In this document: positions 18,133 through 25,733 of the stretch, piece after piece | How positions within the stretch are numbered: position 1 is the stretch's first letter | Layout: the number at the start of each line of letters is the position of its first letter | Origin: a virus | Lineage: Duplodnaviria; Caudoviricetes | Virus record (IMG/VR): IMGVR_UViG_3300049227_000013 | Location: 1-50,798 of that record | Reading direction: 5' to 3' (one strand) | Length of the DNA: 50,798 nt | Translations under genes and position numbers: made by a program | The notes under the pieces: generated by a model | Told to the model about the DNA's origin: nothing | Seen by the model: only the letters and a program-made list of their open reading frames with translations | Database searches by the model: none

Positions 18133-19548
18133 TTATTCGCCTTGAAGCGAACGGTAGAGACCGTAGACGCCGCCTCCTGCGGTTGCGGTGGGAATGGCGA
18201 CGGTGGGAGCGAGGTTGAGCCCGCGGTACAGGCTGCCGACCAGCGGGGAATGCTGGGCGAAATGCTGGGCGTAGTTCTGATGGATGGCGTTCTGCGCGTC
18301 GTTCAAGGGATTGTCAAAGAGGAAGTTCAAAGCCCCGCCGAGCTTGCCGCCGAGCGTCCTATGCTCCAGGGTTTGAGCGGCAAGCTCGTCGAGTACGCTG
18401 GCGAGACCGCGGCGCAATCCCGTGTCGCCCGCCCCGCTCATGAGGTTAGCCGGCAGTCGCATCATCATGGGCAGGTCTTGCGTCATCCCTGACTTGGAAG
18501 CGTCGCTGATGATGCCGTGGATGGCCTCGTGGCGCGTGGTCGTAGGAGAGGCTGTCGCTTTGACTGCCCCGATCGCCGTCTCGGGGTCGAACTCGCCCAT
18601 TCTTCCCTTGCCTGCTTGCAACAGGTCCATCGCCGCCTGCCTGGTTTCCATCGGGCTTGCGTAGCCGCCGACCGCGCGACCCGACCAGCTGGGACCGCCG
18701 ACGTCCTTGACGATGGTGATGTTGCGGCGCGGGCCAAGAAGGGCGGGGATGTTGCTGCCGCTGCTGGTGCCAAGCTCGGGAGGTGCGGCAGCGGTGGGCG
18801 CTCCCAGGGAGGCTGGCTTATCGCCGTAGAGAGGCAGGCCGGTACTTCGCGCCCATGCTTCTGCGCGAGCGGACCCCTCCTCGTTGTTGTAAAGGCCGAT
18901 CTTGCCGTTTTCGATCCTGAATGAGTCGTTATAGTCTGGAATGTCCTTGCCCATTGCGCGAGCTGTCAGCGAATGCAAGCCGTTCGCATCGTCCCAAACA
19001 TGAGCGCCTTCATCGTCGATAAAGCCACGCAGGGCCTTATTCTTTGCCCACGTCCGCAACACTTCTGGGGTAGGATTCGTCACAACCTCCATAGGATGCT
19101 TGCCGAGATCGACCATTCTTGAGGTCATCGGCCGAACCGCATTGGCTGCGTCCGCACCTTCCGCCGCGAACGATGCCGGCCTCAGCGCCTGTGCCGCGAC
19201 ATCGCCCGCTTCCCCCGCTGCGCCGCCCATCAAATGCCCGAGCAGCTTCGAGGCTCCCAACCCACCCAGATACGTCAGCGGGTCCGTGGCCATGCTGACG
19301 CCCATGCCGGCAAGGTCGCCCAGGCCGAAGCCCTCGCCCTCTTCCTTGGGAGAGAGCGCGCCTAGCTGTTCGAGGAGGCCGCGACCGGAGACAGCGTTGG
19401 AAGGATCGGTGATGCCGAGCGTATCGGAGAAGGGAAGGGCGGCGAGCGCCTCTTGGGGACGCCCGCCGAGAATGCCTCGCACCGCTCGACCTGGCTTATC
19501 GAGGGACGAGCCGACGTAGCCCAGTAGGTCGAGAAGGGGATCAGCCAT
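18133..19548 (-). CDS. putative ejected/internal virion protein
   Basis: Ala/Gly/Leu-rich; SLDKPGRAVRG and ATDPLTYL motifs typical of ejection proteins; RHEAIH (HExxH). Confidence 0.55.
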   Translation of the reverse strand: MADPLLDLLGYVGSSLDKPGRAVRGILGGRPQEALAALPFSDTLGITDPSNAVSGRGLLEQLGALSPKEEGEGFGLGDLAGMGVSMATDPLTYLGGLGASKLLGHLMGGAAGEAGDVAAQALRPASFAAEGADAANAVRPMTSRMVDLGKHPMEVVTNPTPEVLRTWAKNKALRGFIDDEGAHVWDDANGLHSLTARAMGKDIPDYNDSFRIENGKIGLYNNEEGSARAEAWARSTGLPLYGDKPASLGAPTAAAPPELGTSSGSNIPALLGPRRNITIVKDVGGPSWSGRAVGGYASPMETRQAAMDLLQAGKGRMGEFDPETAIGAVKATASPTTTRHEAIHGIISDASKSGMTQDLPMMMRLPANLMSGAGDTGLRRGLASVLDELAAQTLEHRTLGGKLGGALNFLFDNPLNDAQNAIHQNYAQHFAQHSPLVGSLYRGLNLAPTVAIPTATAGGGVYGLYRSLQGE

Positions 19549-19551
19549 CAG

Positions 19552-19986
19552 TTACACGCTGGGAGGAGCACCGCCGAAACCGCCACTGGAACCTGCACCC
19601 GGAACTCCTGCCGGTCGCGGAGGCGGGAAGCTGTTGCCGACGCCACCGGGACGGCCGCCCATCAAGGCTTGGTAGAGAGCGGATTGCGGCATACCCTGCC
19701 CCATTTGCATCGGCGGCCGCGGCATGGTTTGTCCTGGAGGTAGAGAGCCACCAGGAGACCCGTCGTATCCAGGAGGTCCGCCAGTCGGTTGGCCTGGAGG
19801 TGTCATCGGCGGCATTGGTGGCCGCGGCTGAACTGGCATCGGCATGATGCCCGCCGCTTGCGGCAATTGTCCTGGCGACATGCCGGGAGGCGGCATTCGT
19901 TGGGCAGGCATGGGCCCGAGCCCCGCTCGTCCGCCCGGCTGCATCTGTTGAGCTGGCATCGGGCCAAGCCCTGAATTGAACGGCAT
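19552..19986 (-). CDS. Pro/Gly/Met-rich disordered protein with ALYQALMG motif
   Basis: 144 aa, GGAG RBS. Confidence 0.65.
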   Translation of the reverse strand: MPFNSGLGPMPAQQMQPGGRAGLGPMPAQRMPPPGMSPGQLPQAAGIMPMPVQPRPPMPPMTPPGQPTGGPPGYDGSPGGSLPPGQTMPRPPMQMGQGMPQSALYQALMGGRPGGVGNSFPPPRPAGVPGAGSSGGFGGAPPSV

Positions 19987-19988
19987 GG

Positions 19989-20282
19989 TTACACTCCTCC
20001 AACGTAAGAAACACCGGACGGACTGCCCGCGCCCATGAGGGCGTTGTAAAGGGCTGAGCCCGGCGCCTGCGTTCCCTGCGGGATCGGCGAAGCGCCTGCT
20101 TGATTCTGCATCGGACTCCGCGTTGTCATCAGTTGGTTGCGTGGTGCGATAGTAGGCTGGCCCATCCCTGGAGGCGTCTGCATGACGGGGTGAGGCTGGA
20201 ACGGAGCGCCGCCCGCGCCCCTCGCCATGGCGGGCAGCCCTCCTCCAGCGAAGTTGATGTTAGGCGGACCAATGCCCGGCAT
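19989..20282 (-). CDS. Pro/Gly/Met-rich disordered protein with ALYNALMG motif
   Basis: 97 aa, GGAG RBS. Confidence 0.65.
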   Translation of the reverse strand: MPGIGPPNINFAGGGLPAMARGAGGAPFQPHPVMQTPPGMGQPTIAPRNQLMTTRSPMQNQAGASPIPQGTQAPGSALYNALMGAGSPSGVSYVGGV

Positions 20283-20284
20283 GG

Positions 20285-20620
20285 TTATCTCCCGCCACCG
20301 CCCAGGATGCCCATGAGAGCCTGATAAAGCGCACCGCCGTCTCCCTTGCCGTGCGGCAGGGAGTTGGAACGGGAGACGTGCATGGTCTGGCCCTGCATCG
20401 CTCCCCCACCGGCTTGCGGTGGGAAACTGCGCGCCGAGTTGGAAATGGCCATGCCGGTCATCGGCCCCTTGTACTCGAACCCGCCCTTGGGAGGCGCCAT
20501 CGGGCCGGCAACCGTGCCGTCGTGGGCCAGCGCGGGGCGCTTGGCCTGCTCGGGCTTGACCTGCGTTTGGCCGGGTCCGTGTCCTGGCTGAGCGCCGCCC
20601 GGCATTGTCGGAAAGGCCAT
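20285..20620 (-). CDS. Pro/Gly/Met-rich disordered protein with ALYQALMG motif
   Basis: 111 aa, GAGG RBS. Confidence 0.65.
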   Translation of the reverse strand: MAFPTMPGGAQPGHGPGQTQVKPEQAKRPALAHDGTVAGPMAPPKGGFEYKGPMTGMAISNSARSFPPQAGGGAMQGQTMHVSRSNSLPHGKGDGGALYQALMGILGGGGR

Positions 20621-20623
20621 GGT

Positions 20624-21010
20624 CTACCTCTTGTTAAGGATCAGCAGTTGGGCCGCGTGGCCGGCGAGTTGCTTCTGGAGGTCCGCGACCTGCTTCTTGA
20701 GTTTCACGTAGTCCTTGTAGTGGTCCGTGTAATCCCACGTCCCCTCGTCTTGCACTTCCTTGGGAGGCTTGCGAGGATCGTTGCACCAGCGCACGCCGTC
20801 CCGCATGTCGAGCTGGTTCGAGTCCTTGCGGTAGATCGAGAGGCAGACCGAGTTCATGTCTACCTGCATGACGATCGCGGGGTGGGCAAGCTGGCGGTGC
20901 CCTTCCAGGAACCACATGACCGGCGTGCCGACGTCCGGCTTCGGCATGATGTAGACGGGTTCGGCCGGCTTGGCTGGCGGGGCTTCCACGACTGCGGTTT
21001 CTTCGCTCAT
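20624..21010 (-). CDS. hypothetical protein (SH3-like core plus coiled coil)
   Basis: PDVGTPVMW...HPAIV...GTWDY. Confidence 0.65.
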   Translation of the reverse strand: MSEETAVVEAPPAKPAEPVYIMPKPDVGTPVMWFLEGHRQLAHPAIVMQVDMNSVCLSIYRKDSNQLDMRDGVRWCNDPRKPPKEVQDEGTWDYTDHYKDYVKLKKQVADLQKQLAGHAAQLLILNKR

Positions 21011-21017
21011 GTTGTCC

Positions 21018-21461
21018 TCACTGTGGAGTGCGTGCGTTAGCGGCCCATTGCCGCCAGGATCGTTCGAGGTCGCCGACCGATTCGTTCGCGTCGGCGTCGG
21101 ATGTCAGGTGAGCGAGATGCCGGGAGACGGCGCACCAGGCGATGCGTTCCGCCCGGCACATGCCCGCGGTCGTGGTCTTGGGAGGAAGGCCCAGAGCGGT
21201 GTCGTAGGCTTGGATCAGGGCCAGGGCGATCTCCTCGACCGGGCCAAACATACCATTCTCGTCGAAGCGCAGGGCCGTGAGCGCCACCATGCCCCATGCG
21301 TCCTGCACCGCTTCTTCGAGGCTGTCCCAGTTAAGTTCTCCGGTCGCCGAGCCCTCCGCTCCGCACCACGCTTCGCAGAAGGCACGGAAGGCTGTGTGGG
21401 CCAGCTCGCCGGTTGACAGGCCGCCTTCGGTGGTCAGGTCGAGCGGATCGACTTTCCTCAT
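21018..21461 (-). CDS. hypothetical protein
   Basis: 147 aa, overlaps the terminase stop. Confidence 0.6.
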   Translation of the reverse strand: MRKVDPLDLTTEGGLSTGELAHTAFRAFCEAWCGAEGSATGELNWDSLEEAVQDAWGMVALTALRFDENGMFGPVEEIALALIQAYDTALGLPPKTTTAGMCRAERIAWCAVSRHLAHLTSDADANESVGDLERSWRQWAANARTPQ

Positions 21462-23239
21462 CGCACATTCCCCGCTGGTCCAAAGCGAACGCCCGTGTTC
21501 TGGATACCCTGCTGCATCAAGTCCCGGCGCCTCTTCTTGATCTCCTTGAACGCCTTCATGGCTCCCCTGTCCGGCCCCTTAACCTTTTCCGGCTTGCGCC
21601 ACACCGGCCGGAAGGCCGAGAGGTAACGCAAACAGTCCATCAAGTGGTTCTCTTTCTTCTGGTCCGGCTTGTCGGTGATGACCTTGCGTTCTTTTTTCTT
21701 GTGGTATCGCTTAATCTCGTAGAGGAAGTTTGGCATTTTATCAGCCAAGACGCGTAATCGCGGACCTCCCTCAGCCACTCGCAAGTAAGATCGGACTGCG
21801 AGAACGCCCGCATCAACGTCGTCACTGCCCCAAATAAATCCCGATCCCGTACGCCGACTCCTGACCTTGTGCTTCTTGAGCGCTTCGCTGTACTGCTGTT
21901 CGACATTCTTTCCCCCTGCCATGGGCGTGATGCGTCCCGCGTGGCCGTCGATCAGGAACGCCTCGAACGATTGACCGATGACCTTTTGCGCGACTTGGCC
22001 CGCGAACTTCTCGGCGTCGCAGTATTGGATGTAAAGCTCGTCGTAGAGGAAGAGGCGATCGCCCACTCCTGGAGGCGGTACAGCAGCGAATAGTACGGCG
22101 CAAACCTGGTGCCCTGGATCGACAACCATGAATCGACACCAATCAGGTGGTATCTCTTGGTACGGGACGACATGCGTGACAAGGGAAAACTCCGGGTACA
22201 TCTTGAAGGACTGGTGCAGGAACTCGCCCTCGATCTTGATGAAGCGTTGCTCATCCGTCAAGGATTCAGCCAGCTCCCGCTTCTCCGCGGCCCCGACGTG
22301 CGGGTTCTCCGCAAGCCTTAGCACGAACTCCTCGATCGACTTGTCCCGCTCGTGCCGTTCCTTCTCGGCGCGTTCGTGCAGATCGAATAGCTGATCGGTT
22401 CCGGCCTCGGGCGTTGCGCTCCAGAAGAACTTGCCCCGACGGTCGAGGAGCCTGGCTTGCATCTCGGGATACCAATACTCGCCCTCGATTTCCTCGTCGA
22501 ACCAGGCCAGATCAATGTCGGTTCCCTGCCGGGGCCGGCTGTCGGAGGAGTAGCAGTTGATGGTCCAGCCAGTGTGTAAGCTAATTGCTTTGGGAATGCC
22601 GCGCGCCTTGTTTTCCCAAGCTATCTTTTTGATGAGCCTTGGAGGGATGAGGGGCGGTGCAGGCTTGACCTCGGCAACGCGCGCCGCATCGCTCGGGTCC
22701 CACGAGCGATAACACCGCCACTCATTGCTCTCCAAGTCCCGGATGATCCGAAAGGCGCCGGCCCGCGCCAGCTTTTGCCACATCACCTGCCCGATATGCT
22801 CCAGGTCGATCCCCACCATGTAGGCCCGGCCGTCGGTGCGGGGGAACTTCCCCATCGGGTCCTGGCCGGTCACACAGCGGGCGAACTCGACCGCGGCGGC
22901 GAGCGTCTTGCCCGAGCGGTTCGAGCCCCGGACGATGCGCTGGCGGGTTGTGCAGAGATGGAAGCGGAGTTGTTCGGGCATCGGTTCGTAAAGCCTGAGC
23001 GCCTCGATCTTGCGCCGGGCCTTCTCGACCAGGAGCCGACGAATGCGCTCGGCGGCATGGACGCGCAGCGATTCGTCGTCGTCGCCGGGGTAGTGCGGAG
23101 GCAGCGCGGCTTGTTCGGGTGGGATAGGCGGGTCGCGCTGCTCGACGATGGGCGGGTCAGGCGGCGCGGGCTCCCCTGCCTGGCTGCGTCGGGTCACGAT
23201 GGGCGCTGGGCCCGGATCGTCAAGCGGTTCGTCGGGCAC
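21458..23239 (-). CDS. terminase large subunit
   Basis: Walker A GSNRSGKT, Walker B LAWFDEE, SATP motif III, nuclease VVDPG and NHLMDCLRY. Confidence 0.92.
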   Translation of the reverse strand: MPDEPLDDPGPAPIVTRRSQAGEPAPPDPPIVEQRDPPIPPEQAALPPHYPGDDDESLRVHAAERIRRLLVEKARRKIEALRLYEPMPEQLRFHLCTTRQRIVRGSNRSGKTLAAAVEFARCVTGQDPMGKFPRTDGRAYMVGIDLEHIGQVMWQKLARAGAFRIIRDLESNEWRCYRSWDPSDAARVAEVKPAPPLIPPRLIKKIAWENKARGIPKAISLHTGWTINCYSSDSRPRQGTDIDLAWFDEEIEGEYWYPEMQARLLDRRGKFFWSATPEAGTDQLFDLHERAEKERHERDKSIEEFVLRLAENPHVGAAEKRELAESLTDEQRFIKIEGEFLHQSFKMYPEFSLVTHVVPYQEIPPDWCRFMVVDPGHQVCAVLFAAVPPPGVGDRLFLYDELYIQYCDAEKFAGQVAQKVIGQSFEAFLIDGHAGRITPMAGGKNVEQQYSEALKKHKVRSRRTGSGFIWGSDDVDAGVLAVRSYLRVAEGGPRLRVLADKMPNFLYEIKRYHKKKERKVITDKPDQKKENHLMDCLRYLSAFRPVWRKPEKVKGPDRGAMKAFKEIKKRRRDLMQQGIQNTGVRFGPAGNVR

Positions 23240-23576
23240 GTCTGGCCTCCTGAATGGTGGACGCCAACTCGCGCTCGATGTCCGCTTCGGAGATGAGGCC
23301 CAGGTCGTCGGAGCGCGCCGTACCGGCTGCGACTTGGCGCCACATGCGCGTCACCATGTCGAGGTTGCGCTGGCGTACGACTCCACCCGCGGGAGAGGCG
23401 CGGGTCTCATCCCAGAGCATCTTGGCAAGCGCCTGCGGTCCGCCAGCAAAGCGAATGAAGTGTTCGAGCAGTTCGGACAGATGGGGCAGGTTGTCGCGCG
23501 ACTCGGCCATCTTGACCAACAGATCGCGGGCCTCGTCGGGGATGACGCTCTTACGCTTGTGCGACTTGCCGGGCAT
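23220..23576 (-). CDS. putative terminase small subunit
   Basis: helical 118 aa directly upstream of and overlapping the large subunit; DLGLISEADIERE tail. Confidence 0.45.
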   Translation of the reverse strand: MPGKSHKRKSVIPDEARDLLVKMAESRDNLPHLSELLEHFIRFAGGPQALAKMLWDETRASPAGGVVRQRNLDMVTRMWRQVAAGTARSDDLGLISEADIERELASTIQEARRARRTA

Positions 23577-23811
23577 AGCCGACCCTCACCGTGTCGAATT
23601 GGATCGGGCCCTTGCTCTTGAGCATCGCCATTACGCGGTTGCGCTTCTCGAGCTCCGCGGCAAGGTCCTTGGCGTGCTCGTTGGCATACCACTTGGTCGT
23701 ATCCCACATGAGCCGTTGCCACGATCCCAACGGAGGAGGGCGCCGGTAGCGGCGCTTGAAGCGGCCGAACCGATCACGAGGTTGCACTGGCTTGCTCTTT
23801 TGCCTTGCCAC
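23551..23811 (-). CDS. basic hypothetical protein
   Basis: PRDRFGRF motif, GGAG RBS. Confidence 0.5.
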   Translation of the reverse strand: MARQKSKPVQPRDRFGRFKRRYRRPPPLGSWQRLMWDTTKWYANEHAKDLAAELEKRNRVMAMLKSKGPIQFDTVRVGYARQVAQA

Positions 23812-23903
23812 GGTACTCCCAGCCTATTCCTCGCAGCACCGTCAACACTTCCCGCCACGTAGGCCAGGGCGTGTGCCGGTTGCGTTTGTAGAGGATCAGG
23901 GCG

Positions 23904-24122
23904 TCACGGAATTGCTCTAACTGGACGTCGGTTGGCCGCGTCACGTTTGGGTCTCCATCCCAGCTCCCACAGCACGCACAACACCTGCCGGTACGTGGGG
24001 AACCTGTTGCGCGTGACGGTCATCCAGCGGTCCATAGCGCGGAGGAACTCGTGCTCCTCGGGCGCAAGGTTGTCGTAGTTGTTGGAGTAGCTTCCAGGTC
24101 TCGCTGGTCGGCCGACTGGCAT
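23904..24122 (-). CDS. Planctomycete-type small conserved protein
   Basis: EEHEFLRAMDRW...RFPTYRQVLCVLWELGWR resembles a small protein family recalled from Planctomycetes. Confidence 0.6.
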   Translation of the reverse strand: MPVGRPARPGSYSNNYDNLAPEEHEFLRAMDRWMTVTRNRFPTYRQVLCVLWELGWRPKRDAANRRPVRAIP

Positions 24123-24129
24123 GGGGGAG

Positions 24130-24159
24130 ATGATAGGACTAATTTTTGGGCAAGGTCAA
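24130..24159 (-). promoter_or_regulatory. sigma70-like promoter, probably leaderless transcript
   Basis: TTGACC-N18-TATCAT then 7 nt to ATG at 24122, no SD. Confidence 0.45.
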
Positions 24160-24347
24160 GCGGGAATGGGAATTTTGAGCGAGCCGGGAGGTAAGCCGTA
24201 TGCCTTCTCGACGTCGGCAGCTGGCCTCACCACCCGGCGCGCGATGAATTGAGGGACGATCGGTTCTTGATTGCAGCACAGTGGGCATCGCATCATGTTG
24301 GCGTTGCCCACTGTGATCATCGGAGTGTCGCAGAATGGGCAGTTCAT
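24156..24347 (-). CDS. small zinc-ribbon protein
   Basis: CPFC...CPLC. Confidence 0.55.
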   Translation of the reverse strand: MNCPFCDTPMITVGNANMMRCPLCCNQEPIVPQFIARRVVRPAADVEKAYGLPPGSLKIPIPA

Positions 24348-24356
24348 AAGCGCAAC

Positions 24357-25184
24357 CTATTGAGCGGGCAAGTCTTCGGGAATTATACCGTTGCGCTTGT
24401 GGTAGTGGTCAAGTCCCCAGACGCGCCAGCGCTCCAGAAGCGCCGTCCCGCCCGGCTCCTTGTGCATGATCTGGACCATTCTTTTGTAGGCCAACTGAAT
24501 GCTCTGAATGCCGTACTCCCTGCCGTCCTTGCGGAACTTCCTGGCCCGGAGCAGGTGGAAGTACAACTGGTCGAAGGTGTAGCCTGCGAGCTTCCAGCGC
24601 ACGACCCACTTGCCGAACTCGCGTTGCTCCAGATCGGGAACCTGCCGCATGTTGGGCGTGCGGCCGACGTTCTTGAAACCCCAGGGCGCCTTGTTGGAGA
24701 CCTTGCCGTTCTCCCTGCGCCAGCGCTGGCTCTCGATCTGCCGCTCGCTGATCCGGTGATGCTCCCACTCGGCAAAGCCCGAGAGGATGGTCAGCATGAA
24801 CTTGCCCATGGGCGTGCGCGTGTCCACGTTCCAATCGAGGATATGCAGGTGTATGCCCTGGTCTTGCCACAGATGCACGACGTTGAGCGCGTCGCGTGCG
24901 TTGCGGAATGCCCGGTCGATCTTGAACACGATCACCGCATCGCCGGGTTGCAGGGCGTTGCAAAGTGCCAGCCCGCCCTCGCGGGTGCGCAGTTCCTTCT
25001 TGCCCGATACGGCCAGATCCTCGTAGGTGCAGGAGAACGTAAAGCCGTCGGGTTTCAGGCGGTAGTCGAAATACTGAAGGCAGCGTTCCTTCTGTACCGC
25101 AATGGAATCGGTCTGCCGCCCCGTGGAGGCCCGCGCGTAGCAGAAGGCGAACTTCCGCTGCGGGGCCTCCGGTTGCTTGGCCAT
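24357..25184 (-). CDS. serine recombinase (resolvase/invertase family)
   Basis: YARASTGRQ catalytic Ser, DLAVSG, KIDRAFRN, FAEWEHHRISER; start 25184 after GGAGGATTGCTC. Confidence 0.9.
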   Translation of the reverse strand: MAKQPEAPQRKFAFCYARASTGRQTDSIAVQKERCLQYFDYRLKPDGFTFSCTYEDLAVSGKKELRTREGGLALCNALQPGDAVIVFKIDRAFRNARDALNVVHLWQDQGIHLHILDWNVDTRTPMGKFMLTILSGFAEWEHHRISERQIESQRWRRENGKVSNKAPWGFKNVGRTPNMRQVPDLEQREFGKWVVRWKLAGYTFDQLYFHLLRARKFRKDGREYGIQSIQLAYKRMVQIMHKEPGGTALLERWRVWGLDHYHKRNGIIPEDLPAQ

Positions 25185-25195
25185 GAGCAATCCTC

Positions 25196-25447
25196 CTACC
25201 AAGGTTTGAGCCCGCACGCGATGCGCAGGCGGATAAGGGCGGCGACGTTTCCCTGGGCGGCAAGGCGAAGGTCCTCGGGGTTGTGGTTGGCGCGGAAGCA
25301 CTCTTCGTCGATCGCTTCCTGCCCGGCTTGACGGCAGAGGTCGTACATTAGCTCGCGCTCCTTCGCGGCGATCTCCGCAGAGGTCCAATTGACGGCCCAA
25401 CCGAGATTGGCTGCCGTCCATCCTCTTGTGTCGCGTTTCGTACTCAC
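25196..25447 (-). CDS. hypothetical protein
   Basis: GTG start after AAGGAGGATTG. Confidence 0.6.
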   Translation of the reverse strand: MSTKRDTRGWTAANLGWAVNWTSAEIAAKERELMYDLCRQAGQEAIDEECFRANHNPEDLRLAAQGNVAALIRLRIACGLKPW

Positions 25448-25459
25448 TGGCAATCCTCC

Positions 25460-25630
25460 TTAATACCCGATGCTTCTTAAAAACTGGGCAACGGTCTTTC
25501 CTTTCATGAATGCGTCACGCGGCGCGCTTGCGGGGAACCGATTTAGAACGCGGCCCGCAATGACGCCGCGGCGGGTGAAAACGCCCATCAGTCTGCCCCA
25601 CCAGCGATTCCATTTCTCACGTTCGTTCAT
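25460..25630 (-). CDS. hypothetical protein (56 aa)
   Basis: MNEREKWNRWWGRLMG...RSIGY, AAGGAGGATTG RBS; below the ORF-track cutoff. Confidence 0.6.
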   Translation of the reverse strand: MNEREKWNRWWGRLMGVFTRRGVIAGRVLNRFPASAPRDAFMKGKTVAQFLRSIGY

Positions 25631-25716
25631 CAGCAATCCTCCTTCCTAAGTCTCCGCGCCGCCCACAGGGACAGCGCCAGAACAACACCGATCAGGGCTG
25701 CGAAAACGTTGTCCAC
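25630..25716 (-). CDS. 28-aa single-TM peptide
   Basis: GTG after AAGGAGG; VFAALIGVVLALSLW hydrophobic stretch. Confidence 0.45.
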   Translation of the reverse strand: MDNVFAALIGVVLALSLWAARRLRKEDC

Positions 25717-25733
25717 GGGCAAGCCTCCTTGGG

